24,000 bases of DNA from Neisseriales bacterium. Lineage in GTDB: Bacteria > Pseudomonadota > Gammaproteobacteria > Burkholderiales > UBA11063. Within the stretch, counting starts at the first letter, position 1, and each line of letters opens with the position of its first letter. The stretch spans positions 1 through 24,000 of the forward strand of contig SSGX01000003.1 of the NCBI GenBank assembly GCA_008017155.1, read 5' to 3'. Position numbers and translations under genes: made by a program. Below, one piece after another: positions 21,876-24,000 of this stretch. Below the pieces are notes generated by a model. It made no database searches, was not told where the DNA came from, and saw only the letters and a list, made by a program, of their open reading frames with translations.

Positions 21876-23797
21876 TGTCATTGGCTAATAAATTTGCAGA
21901 AAGAATGCTGCAATTAAAAATGTCTGCACGATTCTATTTTAGAGTTTGCTTAGTTATTGTGCTTTTTCAAATTGCAGTTGTGTTTGGTTATACAAAATAT
22001 TTTAATCCTGACTGGAACGAAATATATGAAAAATTCAAATTTGGTATGAGTATGATAATACCTCTTATTAAGAGTGGGGAATTAAATCAAGCAGCAACAA
22101 CATTAACAGTCAACTTAGGTGCTTTATGTGATGAGTTGTTATATGCATTTTGGCGTAGTTTTGTACTTTGGCTAATTCTCCCTATGGTATGGATTTATGA
22201 AATGCTTCCGTCAGAGAATGAAGATAAACAAATAATTGGAGGGAAGCAGTTCATTAACCCTAGTAGTTTAAATCATGAGATGTTTAAACAAAGTTTTATT
22301 GATGTCTTTTGGAGACTTAAATTAAAGAAGAGTCTACCATTTGGTGAGGTGTATTTACCTGTTAAGGAAGAACCAAAACAAACCTTTGCCGTTGGTAAAC
22401 CAGGGGTGGGTAAAACTAATTTTATTAATTACATTCTTAGGCAAGTTATTAAGAGAAGACAGAAAGGGATAATCCATGATTTTAAGGGTGATTATGTAGA
22501 AAAATTTTATGATGATACCAGACATAAATTATTTAATCCTCTTGATGAAAGAAGTGTTCACTGGTGTTTATTTAATGATTGTTTTAGTGTTATTGATATT
22601 GAAGCTTATGCTTGGGCACTGATTCCAAATGCCAACTCAGGGGAGCCATACTGGAATAATGCAGCTCGTGATATTTTTACTGGTGTTCTTTATTATTGCT
22701 ATTATAAAAATAAGCGCACCAATAAAGATATCTGGCGTACACTTAACTTACCGAATGGGGCATTGTACGCCATTCTGAAACAAACTAAAGGTGGTGAGTT
22801 AGGAGCAAAACATCTGGAAGATCCAGATGGCAGAACAGCACAAAGTATCATGTCAAACTTAATGACATTTGTTAAATCTTTTCAGTTTATGCAGCATATG
22901 GATGGAGATTTTTCAATTACAAAGTGGTTAACTGATCCTAAAGAAGAATCATTAATCTTTATCACAAATTATGCAAATTTAGAAAACACATTAAAGCCAA
23001 TTATAGCCTTATTTATTCAAACAGTTGGTAAGGTTTTGTTATCTCAAACTGATGATCCAGACAGGCGGATATTTTTCTTTCTTGATGAATTTGGGCAATT
23101 GCCAAATATGATGACAATCAAGAATATGATGACTGCATCGAGATCGAAGGGGGGATCGATATTTATTGGTGTTCAGGATATTGGGCAGATAGATCAACTC
23201 TACAAAAAAGATTTACGTATGACTATCTTAAACTCTGCTTCAAATCGTCTAGTATTTAACTGCAAAGATGGAGATACAGCTGAGTTTTTTAGTAAGGATA
23301 TTGGTGAAATTGAATACTATGAGACTGTTGTTAATAATTCAATTGGTGGTGGTAGTAGCGATAGGGTAAGTATCGAGAACCGTAAAATTAAAGAGCGGCT
23401 AGTTAAGAAAGAAGATATCCAGTCATTGCCAGATCTAAGAGCATTCGTTGGAATTGGACATCATGATATTGTTTACAGTAAATGGAAGTATCTTAAGCTC
23501 AAAAAGAATGCTCCAGCATTTATTCAAAGACCAGACTTAAATCTAGAGTCTATAAGTGATATTCAGCCATTTACAGCCGATAGTACTCTTGTACCTAGCG
23601 GTCAGCAAATGCAACCAGAAGCTCCATCTATAGAAGATTTTGCCAAAATAAATTTAGGTGATATGCCAAGTTTTGAAGATAGTGACTTAATAGATATTAC
23701 TAATATAAGTACTGAGGTTGAAGAGGATGAAATCTCGGAAGGGGTAAATAATACAAATCAAATTGATAATAATAAAAAGCCTAAGAAAGGAGCATAA
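21875..23797 (+). CDS. traD: Type IV coupling protein, TraD/TrwB (VirD4) family
   Basis: It has N-terminal TM segments, Walker A 'VGKPGVGKTN' and Walker B 'IFFFLDEFGQL'. 'GGSIFIGVQDIGQI' is typical of T4CPs. The acidic C-terminal tail is '...FEDSDLIDITNISTEVEEDEISEG'. Confidence 0.9.
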   Translation: MSLANKFAERMLQLKMSARFYFRVCLVIVLFQIAVVFGYTKYFNPDWNEIYEKFKFGMSMIIPLIKSGELNQAATTLTVNLGALCDELLYAFWRSFVLWLILPMVWIYEMLPSENEDKQIIGGKQFINPSSLNHEMFKQSFIDVFWRLKLKKSLPFGEVYLPVKEEPKQTFAVGKPGVGKTNFINYILRQVIKRRQKGIIHDFKGDYVEKFYDDTRHKLFNPLDERSVHWCLFNDCFSVIDIEAYAWALIPNANSGEPYWNNAARDIFTGVLYYCYYKNKRTNKDIWRTLNLPNGALYAILKQTKGGELGAKHLEDPDGRTAQSIMSNLMTFVKSFQFMQHMDGDFSITKWLTDPKEESLIFITNYANLENTLKPIIALFIQTVGKVLLSQTDDPDRRIFFFLDEFGQLPNMMTIKNMMTASRSKGGSIFIGVQDIGQIDQLYKKDLRMTILNSASNRLVFNCKDGDTAEFFSKDIGEIEYYETVVNNSIGGGSSDRVSIENRKIKERLVKKEDIQSLPDLRAFVGIGHHDIVYSKWKYLKLKKNAPAFIQRPDLNLESISDIQPFTADSTLVPSGQQMQPEAPSIEDFAKINLGDMPSFEDSDLIDITNISTEVEEDEISEGVNNTNQIDNNKKPKKGA

Positions 23798-24000
23798 TGT
23801 TAAGTTTAAGACGGGTAAACTCAGGGCAAGCGAGTAGTTATTATACTGCTGAAGATTATTACCTTCAGGATGATGCTATTGGTCAATGGCATGGTGAAAC
23901 AGGAAAAAGTCTTGGTTACACCGGGACTATCAAGGAAGCAGACTTCCAGAAACTTATTCTGGGGCAGGATAACCGGGATAATCCGAGGTTTCAAATTCAG
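23797..24000 (+). CDS. traI: MOBF-family relaxase (TrwC/TraI-like), N-terminal 68 codons, continuing beyond the window
   Basis: My own translation is MLSLRRVNSGQASSYYTAEDYYLQDDAIGQWHGETGKSLGYTGTIKEADFQKLILGQ.... It matches the TrwC/TraI N-terminal pattern (MLS......a..YY...D.YY.....g.W.G.ga..LGL.G.v....F..ll.G). The ATG overlaps the traD stop. Confidence 0.8.
   Translation, partial: MLSLRRVNSGQASSYYTAEDYYLQDDAIGQWHGETGKSLGYTGTIKEADFQKLILGQDNRDNPRFQIQ

Noticed and set aside
1-24000. Scan of the whole window for a CRISPR array, tRNA/rRNA genes, IS elements, transposases or integrases
   Set aside because: I saw none of the following:
- regularly spaced identical repeats with unique spacers
- a tRNA-like T-arm and acceptor pattern
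- an ORF with DDE, tyrosine-recombinase or serine-recombinase motifs

Overview
This is an AT-rich segment of a conjugative plasmid (or ICE) from a Gram-negative host. Every credible gene is on the + strand. I cannot assign a host.

Gene order:
1. A RepA-like initiator and a LuxR/GerE-type regulator (187-2033).
2. A cargo cluster built around a PspA/IM30 protein plus four membrane or secreted proteins (2090-5266).
3. A protein equal to only the C-terminal half of TraC/VirB4, followed by two orphan ORFs (5316-7361).
4. An F-type mating-pair block (7530-15620): traU, trbC, a DsbC-like gene, orf120, a DsbA-like gene, orf170, a Cys-rich orf297, traN, a lytic transglycosylase and traW.
5. About 5.5 kb that I interpret as the leading region (15620-21120). 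It holds GC-rich structured non-coding DNA, a small hydrophobic ORF, a J-domain protein, an orphan N6-adenine methyltransferase, a DUF29 protein and a stand-alone TraB/VirB10 C-terminal-domain protein.
6. A candidate oriT, an RHH accessory protein, a small coiled-coil protein, a TraD-type coupling protein and the first 68 codons of a MOBF (TrwC/TraI-type) relaxase (21040-24000).

I found no tRNA or rRNA genes, CRISPR array, transposase or integrase.

The most unusual content is non-coding:
- A roughly 360-nt imperfect hairpin resembling the Frpo/ssi single-strand promoters, placed upstream of the J-domain and methylase genes.
- Two 70-bp direct repeats with a covarying hairpin that bracket a module which looks GC-richer by eye.
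- A second family of long-hairpin elements (10681-10803 and 20751-20843, with a partial relative at 20568-20624).
- Helically phased TTAGAC repeats upstream of traW.

All protein calls come from motif recognition by eye. No searches were run.
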